A DNA stretch of 63,768 nt from Octopus bimaculoides (taxonomy: Eukaryota): NCBI RefSeq assembly GCF_001194135.2, contig NC_068982.1:59097270-59161037 (forward strand), written 5' to 3'. The notes beneath the pieces are model-generated. The model was given only the letters and a program-made list of their open reading frames with translations, did not search any database and was not told the DNA's origin. The position numbers and the translations under genes were made by a program. This document shows, one piece after another, positions 50,056 through 61,785 of this stretch; within the stretch, counting starts at the first letter, position 1; each line of letters opens with the position of its first letter.

Positions 50056-50904
50056 CAAAACATCCACATTAAGTTGGATATAGAGATTGCCTTTTAGTAT
50101 TAATACTGCTTCTGTCCCTAATTATTTTTCACTAAGCATGCTGGTCATTTATAACATCAATGTAATCAACTTACTCCTTCCCTTAAATTGTGTCAAAATT
50201 TAAATCAATATTTTCCGGTACTTCTGAACCTTCTGAAGCTAAACAAATTTTCTTACTAACATATTTTAATTAATGAGTAGCCATGAGGAAACCTCTCTAT
50301 GATTTTTCAACATGCTAGAAATAAAGGCTAAATCTTCTTCAAATTGCATTCCTTGGACGCTGGCCCTAGATATGCTAAATCTGATAAAACAAAAATAGAA
50401 CAAGATGATCGTGGTTGAATGAATTTCATCATAGGACTACTGGATCAAGGCTGACCTGGGGCTAATTTTCTACAACAACACAATCTTACACTCAAGTCAA
50501 AGTGAATGCTTCTATGCCAGCAGTTCCCCTCCTGAGGGTTCTTGAGCTGTGATCAATATTTAAAAAATTCCTCACTTTATATGTGTGTTTGAGCATGAAT
50601 GCATGAGTGTATATGTGTGTGTGTGAGAGAGAGACCAACAGACAGAGAGGCAGAGACAGATAGACAAAAACAGACAGAGAAGACAGACAAAAACAGACAG
50701 ACAGAGAGACAGAGCATGTTTTCTCCCAGCTGCTTTGTATAAAGTCAAAATACAGAAGCAGAGCAAATATGGAACCTGATCTACAATTTAAAGTATCAGT
50801 TATTGAACCAGAAATTTAAAGCATAGCACCAACAAGACAGTATCAATTATCTCATTAAAGGAATGATATTTTTTTAATACTGCTATTTATTTATTTATAT
50901 ATTT

Positions 50905-51510
50905 AATGACAGGCATCACTGTTAGGACGCTTGCTCTGCAGCTACATGGTTTGTGGTTTAGTTTCTTGGCATGGTACCTTAGGCCTTTAGTTTTGATTTT
51001 TTATGCTATGTATTCAAATCCAACCAAAGTTAATAATTCCTTTCATCACTCCAAGGGTCAATCCATTAATACCAGTAATATATCAGTATTAGTGAAGGCA
51101 CATGGCTCAGTGGTTAGAGTGTCAGGCTCACAATCATGAGGTAGTGAGTTCGATTCCCAGACTGGGCTGAGTCAAGAGGATGGCTGCTGGAAGACCCCCA
51201 AGCCAACCAAAGCCTTGTGAGTGAATGTGGTTGCTAAAAACTGTATGGAAGCCTGTCATATGTGTGTGAGAGTGAATACATGTATGTATGCATGTACAAT
51301 ATGTGTGTTAGTGTTTGTCCCCCCAACACTGCTTGACACACAGTGTTGGTTTGTTTACATCCCTGTAACTTGGCAATTTAGGTAAAGAACGAATAGAATA
51401 AGTATTGTCATTGAAAATATAAAAACAATAAGTATTGAGGTTGATTTGTTTAACTAAATCCTTCAAGAGGGTGCTCCAGCATGGCCACAACCTAACAACT
51501 GAAACAAGTA
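50905..51510 (+). mobile_element. Old SINE-A interrupted by a 210-bp mosaic insert (50986-51196)
   Basis: A degenerate head ends at GGTACCTTAGG and the body resumes at CCAACCAAAGCCTTGTGAGTG. The insert matches 49403-49579 and 52349-52378. Confidence 0.65.
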
Positions 51511-51895
51511 AGACTTAAAAGATTCAAGATTCTTTTCTTTGAGAGATGAAACTGAGAAAACAAGTTTGTTGTTAATAAATAAAATTTGCATGTTAAGTAG
51601 ACAGACATGTTAAAAGCTCATCTATCTTTTACTTGTTTCAATCATTAAACTGTGGCCATGCTGGGGCACCACTCTCTAGAATTTTAGCCATACTTATCGA
51701 CCCCAACACTTATTAATTTTTTTTTCTTTTGTAAAGCCTGATATTTATTCTATCAGTTTCTTTTGCTGAACTGCTAGGTCACAGGGATGTAAACACACCA
51801 ACACTGCTTGTGAAGCAGTGGTGGTGGTGGACAAACACAAACACACACACACAAACACACATACATGCATATATACTTATATATGTGTGTGTATG

Positions 51896-51937
<42 letters not shown>

Positions 51938-52104
51938 AATATATATATATGCATACATACATACATACACATTTTATATTTTTAATTTTGCACATGTGCA
52001 TTGTCAGTCAACTACACAGCATAGTAGGTCAGTTGGGCACATTTGTGAGAAAAACAACACCATGACACAATTCACTCTACCAGAAATCTGAAAATAATAT
52101 GCTG

Positions 52105-52759
52105 TACTGCTTGGCATTCATGTTGGAAGCTCCAATATGAACATTTCAGAGTGTTTAGGTATCAATCTGAGGACAGTGCAATCTGAGGACATGTACTGAG
52201 AGTTTTGAAAATTAAATCTGCAGTCAACATCATGGTGCTTGGAGTGATCACTAGTGATGGCAACGTTATGCCTCTGTTCATCTCCCCACACAGCCTCACA
52301 CTCAACACTTAGGCCTACGTCAAATGCCTGGAGGAGGTAGTGCTGTCCCTGAGTCAAGAGGGTGGCTGCTGGAAGACCTTATGTCTGGCAACAGGACGTT
52401 GTACCATGCCACACAAACAGGAGAACCCAATTGTGGCTGTCAGACAATTTCTGCGACCACATCACCCCTAACATCTGGTCACCTAACTCCCCTGATTGCA
52501 ACTCTTTGTAATATCAAAAATGAACTGAAGGCAAGGATTATGGCAGCATTCACCAGGCGAGTGTCCAGAAGAATTGGAAGAGATTTCGAAGTTCTCTGAA
52601 GGTGTGGTTGATGTGAATGGTGATTTTATTGAATAGATTTACTCTTTAGTACTTCAAGGTATTTTTAATGAAATTTTGATAAATATATCTGTTACAATGA
52701 GATGTCAGAGTTATTTTCATTTTTGCATAATTTAGATGACAGTTTATTCACCGTACCCA

Positions 52760-52760
<1 letters not shown>
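52105..52760 (+). pseudogene. maT/DD37D-like (Tc1-mariner) internally deleted transposon
   Basis: MVLGVITSDGNVMP...AYVKCLEEVVL...RVAAGRPYVWQQDVVPCHT.RRTQ.WLSDNF.DHITPNIWSPNSPDCN...NGDFIE*. The right end is TGACAGTTTATTCACCGTACCCAG|TA. Confidence 0.85.
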
Positions 52761-52796
<36 letters not shown>

Positions 52797-52800
52797 TGCA

Positions 52801-53168
52801 ATAAGCACCATTCGTGTGTGGATCATTGCCAGTGCCACCTGACTGGCTCCCTGTGCCAGTGGCATGTAAAAAGCAGCATTCAAACGTGGTCGATGCCAGT
52901 GCCCCGACTGGCTCCTGTGCCGGTAGCATGTAAAAAGCACCATCCGAATGTGGCCAATGTCAGTGCCGCCTGACTGGCTCCCATGCCAGTGGCACGTAAA
53001 AAGCACCCACTACACTCTCAGAAGGGTTGGTGTTAGGAAAGGCATCCAACTGTAGAAACATCTGCCAGATCAGATTGGAGCCCGGTGAGGCCTCCTGGCT
53101 TGCCAGTCCCCAGTCAAACCATTCAACCCATGCCAGCATGGAAAACGGACGTTAAACAATGATGATGA
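52801..53168 (+). mobile_element. Family C (RTE 3' UTR) with three about 65-bp tandem subrepeats
   Basis: The unit AAAAGCACCATT...GTGG...TGCCAGTGCC.CCTGACTGGCTCC.GTGCC.GTGGCA.GTA occurs three times, followed by the standard tail. Confidence 0.85.
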
Positions 53169-53335
53169 TATACATATATGACAGGCTTCTTTCAGTTTCC
53201 ATCTACCAAATCCTCTCACAAGGCTTTAGTCAGCCCGAGGGTTTAGTACAAAACACTTGCCTAAGGTGTCCTGCAATGGGACTGAACCTGGATTCATGTG
53301 GTTGGGAAGCAAACTTCTTACCACACAGCCAAGGC
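53165..53335 (-). mobile_element. SINE-A 5' half
   Basis: GACAGGCTTCTTTCAGTTTCCATCTACCAAATCC...GGGACTGAACC...ACCACACAGCC. A similar half-copy lies at 59780-59940 and a 3' half at 51620-51960. Confidence 0.8.
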
Positions 53336-53349
53336 AGCACCTAAGCCTT

Positions 53350-53560
53350 AAATAAAATGAAGTTCTTGGCTGTGGAAAGTTTGGAACCACAGCTTGATCT
53401 GCTAGAAATACCAGCCAAATGTCCCTCAGATCATTCCCACCGTTATAAAAAGGTAAGAATACATCGGACAGTATAGTTCTTGATACACTAGACCTGAAAC
53501 AAAAATGACAGAATGGTTGTGGCTTGAATGCTGGGTCACTCTTACATACTCTCCTCTCTC
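53350..53560 (+). mobile_element. Old SINE-like family F (CTAGAAATAGCAGCCAAAT motif)
   Basis: The motif recurs at about 3032, 6998, 10950(-), 16075, 28458, 50315, 53400, 60055(-) and 61808. Some copies end CTGGGGCTAAA(CAA)n (50455, 58567, 61970). Confidence 0.55.
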
Positions 53561-53668
53561 TGTCATGTTTTAAAATTTGTTTTGTTATATAAAAGCTTAG
53601 TATCAACATTCAAAATATTGACTGGAAAGCAAACTTCTAAGACATTCACCTACACCAGTGCCTACATG

Positions 53669-53858
53669 CAGGGCTGGATTTAGATATAGGCTAAACAAAC
53701 TTCAACAAAGGACCAGGAAATCTACAGGGACTTCGAAATAATTAGAAGGCGTATATATTTTTAATTTTTATGAGATGTTCTGAAGTAATTCTTTTAACAA
53801 GAGACCTCCAAGCTTTATATATTCCCTAAGGCCTCATCAAGAGCTGAATCTGGCAATG
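53669..53858. mobile_element. Possible old hAT-type MITE
   Basis: Termini CAGGGCTGGATTTA and TGAATCTGGCAATG. The TSD matches at only 5 of 8 positions. Confidence 0.35.
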
Positions 53859-54064
53859 TCTATAGGTATGTTAGTATTTTTTATTTTATTTTATTTTATT
53901 TGGGAGCTAAGATTTCACAAATTATAACAACTAATGTCTTGTTCATGTATGTGTATCAATGTTTGTGTGTTTGTGTATGTGTGTGTGTGTGAGAGAGAGA
54001 GACAGAGAGATAGGGATAGGGTATGAGCATGTGAGGGAGAGTATGTGTTTGTGTGTGAGTATGC

Positions 54065-54132
<68 letters not shown>

Positions 54133-54206
54133 ATATGGATGCACGCAATCATCCTAATCATTGTCTTTTCACCTTTGTTTTTTCCCTTGTCTACATAGGA
54201 CACTGT

Positions 54207-54592
54207 GGAGGCACAATGGCCCAGTGGTCAGGGCAGCGGACTCGCGGTCATAGGATCACGGTTTCGATTCCCAGACCGGGTGTTGTGAGTGTTTATTGAG
54301 CAAAAACACCTAAAGCTCCACGAGGCTCCGGCAGGGGATGGTGGCTAACCCTGCTGTACTCTTCCACCACAGCTTTCTCTCACTCTTACTTCCTGTTTCT
54401 GTTGTGCCTGTAATTGAAAGGGTCAGCCTTGTCACACTGTGTCACGCTGAATATCCCCGAGAACTACGTTAAAGGTACACGTGTCTGTGGAGTGCTCAGC
54501 CACTTGCATGTTAATTTCACGAGCAGGCTGTTTCATTGATCAGATCAACTTGAACCCTCGACGTCGTAAGCGATGGAGTGCCAACATAAAAA
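54207..54592 (+). mobile_element. SINE-E, full length
   Basis: Reverse-complement match to 45968-46352, with imperfect TSD ACATAGGAC(A/C)CT. Confidence 0.9.
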
Positions 54593-54639
54593 ACATAGGA
54601 CCCTAGCACTGTATCTTACTATTTGTTGTGTTTCTTCAC

Positions 54640-54950
54640 CATTTCCTTCGTGTGGTTCAAAACCTCCTGAAACCTACTTTCATCAATCCATTCCATATCT
54701 TCCTTCATCAACCTTTTACCACAGGATCTCCATCTATTTAAATCCCTATGCATTTCTTTAACCAACCACCGCCCTCCATAAGCCTCACATGCTCATACCA
54801 GTTCAGTCTTCTGTCTATCACACTAGACCTGATTTTCTTAACCTTCGCTTTTCTCTTTGCTCACATGTGCTCTGTCATTCATTTATACAAACATTACACA
54901 TCCATCAGAGCATGCTTGACTCATTTCTTTCCAGCATTCAAATATCCTCC
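54640..54950 (-). pseudogene. RTE LINE RT C-terminal fragment
   Basis: EDI*MLERNESSML*WMCNV...RRLNWYEHVRLME...LKKC matches the RTE L.R.E..MLRWMC...RLRWYGHV.R pattern. Confidence 0.7.
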
Positions 54951-55076
54951 CCATTCAACACTCATGTTCCGCTAGTGAGTGAGTAAGTGAGCACGAGAGT
55001 GAGTGATTGATTCAGAGTGAGTGAGAGAGAGAATCCTTTTGTTGCCAACAGAAGTAGTAACTCTCTGAACCTTTAC

Positions 55077-55099
55077 CTGGACTTAGGAGAAAAGCTTCA
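55077..55099 (-). CDS. Candidate 23-nt micro-exon (phase 2 to 1)
   Basis: aattattttcag|T GAA GCT TTT CTC CTA AGT CCA G|gtaaag reads EAFLLSP. The only open frame ends in phase 1, matching 37592-37645. Confidence 0.35.
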
Positions 55100-55968
55100 C
55101 TGAAAATAATTTAAATAGGTGTATAGCTGGAATGGTAAGAAATGGCTGGAATGCTTCTTAGCTCCCAAAATATACAAAGACTCAACAACTGTAAAGAAAC
55201 GAAGAAGTATTAGTTGTACATGAGATGCCAGACAGAAAGAGGAAAGAAATTCTCCACATTTATAATTGGTGACAATTTTAGAGAATCATAGATAAGAGAA
55301 TATACATACATACATACATATATATATACACACACACACATATATATGTATATATATATAGATATATATACATATATATATACATATATACATATACTTA
55401 CATATATATATACATATATATATAGGCATATATATATTAAAGTTGTACATAAGGTATATATATATATAGAGAGAGAGAGAGTGAGAAAAAATATGTATAT
55501 ATATATATATTTGCTCACACACATATATACAGACTCACATACATATATATGTGCATACGTGTGTGTTTTTATGTTTGTGTGTGGGGGTATGTTTGTGTGT
55601 GTGCGTATGAATATAAATACATATGTATACACACACACACACACACACATATACATATTCTTGCTTATAATATATGCACTCACACACACCCACACACGTG
55701 TGTGTATATAGTACACACACATACACACATAACAGTGCCAAAGATATTTTGGCAATAGTTTGGTTGAAGAACGTCAGAATTGGTTAATGCTTAGTGGTCC
55801 ATGTGACTTGAAATGCCAATGAAAACATTAGTAAATGAGGAAGATACAGAAACACCTGGATTGTTCCAGAGATAGACAGAGAGAGAGAATGAATGGGAAG
55901 AGGCACAAGGAGAGAGAGAGAGGGGGGAGATTATAGAGAAAGGGTGAGAAATAGGAGCAAGTTATATA

Positions 55969-56004
<36 letters not shown>

Positions 56005-56090
56005 GAGAGAGAGAAAGAGAGAGAGAGAGAGAAAGGAGGAAGTGATGGAAAGAGGAGCAAGAATGGAATGGGTGGAGGCTNNNNNNNNNN

Positions 56091-56127
<37 letters not shown>

Positions 56128-56618
56128 GAGAGAGAGAAAGAGAGAGAGAGAGAGAAAGGAGGAAGTGATGGAAAGAGGAGCAAGAATGGAATGGGTGGAG
56201 GCTGAGATGACGAAGATGGAGAAAGAAACACATAAAGATGGAAGCTGGTAAACAACTCGATGAAGGACTAATTTGAAATGTCTTCATATTTGTGCAGCTT
56301 ATGATGAGTTACAGCTGGTGAAGTTGATATGTTGTTGTTGTAGTTCCTGATGTTGTTGTTGTTGATAAAATGGCAAGCGGTCAACATTTTGTATCATTTA
56401 AATGGTGCCATGCTGTGTCCCCAACTAAAACATTTATTTCTGAACAGTTTCCATGCACCAAGTTAAGTGTTATATGCCATTTTCATCTCTTTTATAAACA
56501 CTGAAAGTGTTTTACAATTGAAGGTTTTATGTCAATATCTGAAATCAGGTATTTTATGATTAAAGCTTTGGTAGCTGGTGTTAATTAACCCTAATTTACT
56601 TCAGAAAAATATCCAATA

Positions 56619-57260
56619 GGTGCAGGAGTGGCTGTGTGGTAAGTAGCTTGCTTACCAACCACATGATTCCAGGTTCAGTCCCACTGCGTGGCACCTTGGG
56701 CAAATGTCTTCTACTATAGCCTCGGGCCGACCAAAGGCTTGTGAGTGGATTTGGTAGACAGAAACTGAAAGAAGCCCGTTTAATTGTATATATATATATT
56801 CCTTTGCGCCACATGGGCTCAACTCCCCTCCNNNNNNNNNNNNNNNNNNNNNNNNNNNNNNNNNNNNNNNNNNNNNNNNNNNNNNNNNNNNNNNNNNNNN
56901 NNNNNNNNNNNNNNNNNNNNNNNNNNNNNNNNNNNNNNNNNNNNNNNNNNNNNNNNNNNNNNNNNNNNNNNNNNNNNNNNNNNNNNNNNNNNNNNNNNNN
57001 NNNNNNNNNNNNNNNNNNNNNNNNNNNNNNNNNNNNNNNNNTATGTATGTATGTGTGTTTGTGTCTGTGTTTGTCCCCACGACCATCGCTTGACAACCGA
57101 TGCTGGTGTGTTTACGTCCCTGTAACTTAGCGGTTTGGCAAAAGAGACCGATAGAATAAGTACTAGGCTTCCAAAGAATAAGTCCTGGGGTCGATTTGCT
57201 CGACTAAAGGCGGTGCTCCAGCACGGCAGTAGTCAAATGACTGAAACAAGTAAAAGAGTA
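56619..57260 (+). mobile_element. SINE-A spanning a gap
   Basis: GGTGCAGGAGTGGCTGTGTGGTAAG head and GACTGAAACAAGTAAAAGAG tail. Confidence 0.85.
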
Positions 57261-57469
57261 AAAAAAAAAAGAATAATAGATTTAGACACATGTGTTTCCT
57301 CCACTCAGTTCCTGGAAAATCAGGAGAAATTTTTGCAGATTGTAAAAACACACAGCTAAGGAGACTCTATGTTGTCACTTAGCTGTCAGAAATGGTACCC
57401 AAATATCCCTTATATCACACCCAATCATCTCAAAAATTATGGTATCTAAGTTTAATTTGAATAACGTAA

Positions 57470-57670
57470 TATGGCTGGATGTGATTGGGAAAGATCTCCA
57501 GAGGCTTGGCATCACCTTGGAGGATGCAGAGAGACTGGCATGGGACTGCCAGCATTGGAAAGCATTGGTGAACTTGATCAGATTTCTGCATGATGATGCC
57601 TCTGGGATCACTAACTTGGGATGAACCACCCCCGACCCTGCTCCATCATGCAAGAGCATGATGCAAGCAA
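57470..57670 (+). pseudogene. RTE-type LINE extreme 3' fragment
   Basis: WLDVIGKDLQRLGITLEDAERLAWDCQHWKALV matches the W.D.I..DL..LG.....A..LA.DR..WR.LV pattern. Confidence 0.7.
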
Positions 57671-57887
57671 GTAAAATTAGATACATGATATTTTCTTCTT
57701 GCATTTATGTTCTCTGTTGTGCCACATTCTAATTCATTCTTGGATAATTTCAGAAGCATGGCAAGCTTTCTATTCTTTTTTACTATATTCATTTTTTAGA
57801 AGCAGATGTTTCTTGTCCCTCGATCAAATTTTCCTATTTATAGAGAGAAGGATATCATGTATGATGGCCTCTCATCATTCTCCTCAC

Positions 57888-57906
57888 AGCATGATGTATT
57901 TATTTC
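57888..57906 (-). CDS. Candidate 19-nt micro-exon (phase 1 to 2 if spliced to 55099)
   Basis: Very strong acceptor ttattttctctttttttatag|GA AAT AAA TAC ATC ATG CT|gtgagg reads NKYIML. Confidence 0.3.
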
Positions 57907-58118
57907 CTATAAAAAAAGAGAAAATAATCTTCCCAGTTTTTGTTAGGTACTTCATCTATTGACCTCAGAAGGATAAAAGTCATGGTTAATCTAAATGGTT
58001 TTTGAACTCAGAGTCCAAAGTCATGAACAAGTATTGCAAGACATCCTATTTGATATGCAAATGATTATACCAACCGACTGCCTTAGATACACAATATCTG
58101 AGAAAAAAAAATATAACA

Positions 58119-58510
58119 GGTGCCGGAGTGGCTGTGTGGTAAGTAGCTTGCTTACCAACCACATAGTTCCAGGTTCAGTCCCACTGCATGGCAGCTTGGG
58201 CAAGTGTCTTCTACTCTAGCCTCGGGCTGACCAAAGCCTTGTGAGTGGATTTGGTAGACGGAAACTGAAAGAAGCCCGTCGTATATATGTATATATATAT
58301 GTGTGTGTGTGTGTGTGTTCATGTGTCTGTGTTTGTCCACCGATGCTGGTGTGTTTTTGTCCCCGTCACTTAGTGGTTCGGCAAAAGAGGCCAATAGAAT
58401 AAGTACTAGGCTTACAAAGAATAAGTCCCGGGGTCGATTTGCTCGACTAAAGGCGGTGCTCCAGCATGGTCGCAGTCAAATGACTGAAACAAGTAAAAAG
58501 TGTAAAAAAG
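58119..58510 (+). mobile_element. SINE-A, full length
   Basis: tRNA-like head, CTTGGGCAAGTGTC core, internal (TA)(TG)n and TGACTGAAACAAGTAAAA tail. Confidence 0.9.
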
Positions 58511-58599
58511 AGAAAAAAAGAGAGATGGTATGAAATGCTTTTGATTATGGATCAGCTTAAGGTTGACCTGGGGCTAAACAACAAAATCATATTGATTTC

Positions 58600-58960
58600 A
58601 AAGTTTGGCACAAGACCAGCAATTCTGAAGAAGTGGGTAAGTTGATTACATCAACCTTAGTGCTCAGCTGCTACTTATTTTATTGACTTGGAAAGGATGA
58701 AAGGCAAAATCGACCTTCATAGAATTTGAACTCATGATGTAAAGACTGACAAAATGCTGGCAAACATGTTTTTCCAAGATGCTAATGATTCAGCTAGCTC
58801 ACTGCCTTTGGTTTCAAATTTTAGCACAAGGCCAGTAGTTTCAGGCAAAGGGTCAAGTCGATTGCATCGAGCCCAATACTCAATTGGTTTGGTACTTATT
58901 TTATTGACCCCACCCACAACAGAGTCAAAGCATTTTGCCTGACATGCTAATGATTTGCCT
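58600..58960 (-). mobile_element. Two tandem SINE-B copies
   Basis: GGCACAAG(A/G)CCAG tails at about 58607 and 58824, with core GAAAGGATGAAAGGCAAA. A further fragment lies at 57955-58060. Confidence 0.75.
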
Positions 58961-58969
58961 TGAATATCA

Positions 58970-59768
58970 ATGCATGAAATTTTGATACAATGTAAAGAAC
59001 ATAATGGAAATTAATATGCACAAGTAAAATTTTGCAACCACCACTACATCACATATGAAAAATGACGTCACTTAAATGTAAACAATTTTCGACTTCTCAC
59101 ACCTTTGCTCTTTCCAAAACTTGCACCATAACACCCTCAAGAGTTTCAGACCCCAATTCTCTGATTTCTCTATTGATGTCCTTCTTCAGTTGCAGCAGGG
59201 TCTCTGGTTTGTTGATGTAAACCTTCTCTTTCAAGTATCACAAACAAGGAAAAATCTGGGCTAGTCAAGTCGGAGGAACGTGAAAGCCAGCTGACATTGC
59301 AGTAGTAGGAGATTATTCTTTCTCCAAAGGACTGCCATAGCAACTGCATTGTTTCGCTTGTGGCATATGAGCAGTTGCCCCATCTTGCTGGAATCATGTG
59401 TGAGGTCTACTTTGAATGGCCAGGCACAAAAATGTCTCAATCATGGATACCTGAAAGAGAGGGTTTATGTCAGCAAACTGGAGACCCTAGTGCAACTGAA
59501 GGAGACTATCAATAGAGAAATTAGAGAAGTGGGATCTGAGGGTGTTATAGTGCAAGTTTTGGAAAGAGCACGGGCATGCGAAGCTGAAAATGGCTGCCAT
59601 TTAATCGATGTCATTTTTCATATATGATGTAATGGTGTTGTAAAATTTAATTTGTGCATATTAATTTTCCTCGTGTCCTTTATATTGTATCAAAATTTCA
59701 TGCATGTATTTGTAAAGTTAAGGAAGTTATTAAAAATTGAAACCCATCAGTGACTTTTGGGGCACCCT
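58970..59768. pseudogene. Tc1/mariner-superfamily transposase 3' half present as an inverted duplication
   Basis: The minus copy (58970-59430) reads ...ATSETMQLLWQSFGERIIS...SRSSDLTSPDF.L...YLKEKVYINKPETL. The plus copy (59445-59768) reads GYLKERVYVSKLETLVQLKE...ENGCHLIDVIFH* and ends TTTTGGGGCACCC|TA. 58970-59240 is the reverse complement of 59445-59705. Confidence 0.8.
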
Positions 59769-60465
59769 ATATATGTATATACTTATGTGTACAATGGGCT
59801 TTTAGTTTCAGCCTACCAGATCCATTCACAAGGCTCTGGTTAGTCCTAGGCTATAGTAGAAGACACTTGCTCCAGGTGCCACACAGTGGGACTGAACTCA
59901 AACCATGTGGTTTGGAAGCAAACTTCTTACAACACAGCCTGTATTTGTGTTTACTCTTTGTTAAACATAGTTTATCTAAGTTTACATTATCCAACACATT
60001 CTTCGTTTTTTTAAAGACAGTGAAGTGAGAATATGGTTCTATAGAGATTTTTCTGCTACTTCTAGCAAGTTGATTGTCTTCTCAGAAGCTCCCTTTTCAG
60101 TTCATTACCAATCTGACTCCTTCCAATGTTCATCCATCAATAGCTTACTAATTCCTGTGACAATTCTTTCTTAGAATAAATCAATCTATTGATCCTGGAA
60201 AAAAGGTGTCGGTCTTTCAGCTTGAAGTGAGATAGCATTAAATTTTATTTGTAGTTATTGTTGTTATTTTATGGTCTGCCCCTTAGCTACAACAATTAAG
60301 TCTTTCCTAATTAAATAGAAAATCATTCTATTACACTCTAAAGTTGTAAATATGATGGACTAAACTAGCTGTTATTGAACCAAAGTATCATGTCTTTGGC
60401 ATTTAACGTTCCCACACAAGTAAATTTAGTACACTTCATTTTACACCAAATACAATACCAATACT

Positions 60466-60788
60466 GGCACTCTTTCTGTTATGACGACAAAGTTTCCAGT
60501 TGATTTGATCAACAGAACAGTCAGCTCATGAAATTAACATGCAAGTGGCTGAGCACTTCACAGACTCATGTACCCTTAACGTAGTTCTCAGGGAGATTCA
60601 ATGTGACTCAGTATGTGACAAGGCTGACCCTTTGAAATACAGATACTACTCATTTTTGCTAACTGAGTGGACTGAAGCAATGTGAAATAAAGTGTCTTGC
60701 TCAAGGACACAATGTGCCGCTGGAAATTGAATTCATGACCTTGCGATCACGAGCCAAACACCCTAACCACTAAGCCACGTGCCTTCAC
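60466..60788 (-). mobile_element. Chimeric SINE: SINE-D head and core joined to SINE-E 3' half
   Basis: The minus strand reads GAAGGCACGTGGCTTAGTGG...CCTTGAGCAAGACACTTTATTTCAC...CACTCAG (D), then TTTCAAAGGGTCAGCCTTGTCAC...GAGAACTACGTTAAGGGTACA...GATCAACTGGAAAC (E). Confidence 0.8.
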
Positions 60789-61160
60789 ACTAAAAAATCA
60801 CAAAATACCAAAGTTAAAAGATCAGAAGATACCAAAAGTAAAATATATTTAGAACATGTGTATTCATGCTATGGAATGAATCTTGGGAGTATACGCCACT
60901 ACTGCCAAATTTTTGGCAAAATATCTCAGGTGTTGCAGTGACTTTAGTTTTTGGTATATCAACTAATACCAATCTCCATTTACCTCATAGAAAATGTTGA
61001 TTAGCTTACAAACTAATTTGCATTTAATGTTAGTTTGACAACTGTTAAAAATTCTGTTGAGATCAAGTGAATGCGCATCCGTATATTACATTTCTTGTTA
61101 AGTACATCTGCTTACATGGTTAACTACGAGAACTTTGAGCCAGCATAGAAACTTCTATGT

Positions 61161-61785
61161 CAGTGATTCTCATCTAATTTTTTATCTATAGATCCCTTTG
61201 ATTATTATTCTATACTGGTAGACTCCCATTGACATTTGATGTTTAAAAACTAGTGTTAAAAATAATTCTTTCAAAATTCTTATTTCTGTTTATCACACAT
61301 CAACTTGTGTAGGTTGAACTATGTAAAATGTTAGTGAATGAAACCTAAGTGTTTCTTGCAATAGAGAGATTAACCCATTACCTACCAGTGATCTCATATG
61401 AGATCGCTTAAAAATTACAAATTTCATAATTATCTGTCAATATATACACATATCTAACCTTTTTTGCTATATCTACTAGGTATATTTCTCTGATATTCAA
61501 ATGAGGTTTGCTAATTTCTCACCCAATATCTCACTTATTTCTATTTAAAATGTTATTTTGAAATGTTATTTTGAAATGTTATTTTGATCATTCTAGTGTG
61601 TTTTTAAGGCTGTTTTATGCTAGAAATCAAAGTTTCATAAAAAAAATCCGTTAATAGAATTATGGAAGGTAATGGGTTAAAATCAAAACATGGACATATA
61701 TAATACCAGTGTGGGTCTCAATTTACTATTTTGCAAGCATGGACTCCTAAAAATCTTATATGGACCCCCTGGTTGAGAACCAGTG
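61161..61785. mobile_element. hAT MITE (same family as 46423-46750, opposite orientation) carrying a nested insertion
   Basis: Termini CAGTGATTCTCA and TGAGAACCAGTG, TSD TTCTATGT/CTCTATGT. The shared internal segment GTAGGTTGAACTATGTAAA is the reverse complement of 46586-46604. Confidence 0.8.
61374..61676. mobile_element. piggyBac-type MITE nested in the hAT MITE
   Basis: TTAA|CCCATTACCTACC...GGAAGGTAATGGG|TTAA, with internal (TGAAATGTTATTT)x3. Confidence 0.88.

Noticed and set aside
55965-56202. About 110-bp direct repeat
   Set aside because: Identical copies either side of a 10-N gap indicate an assembly artefact.
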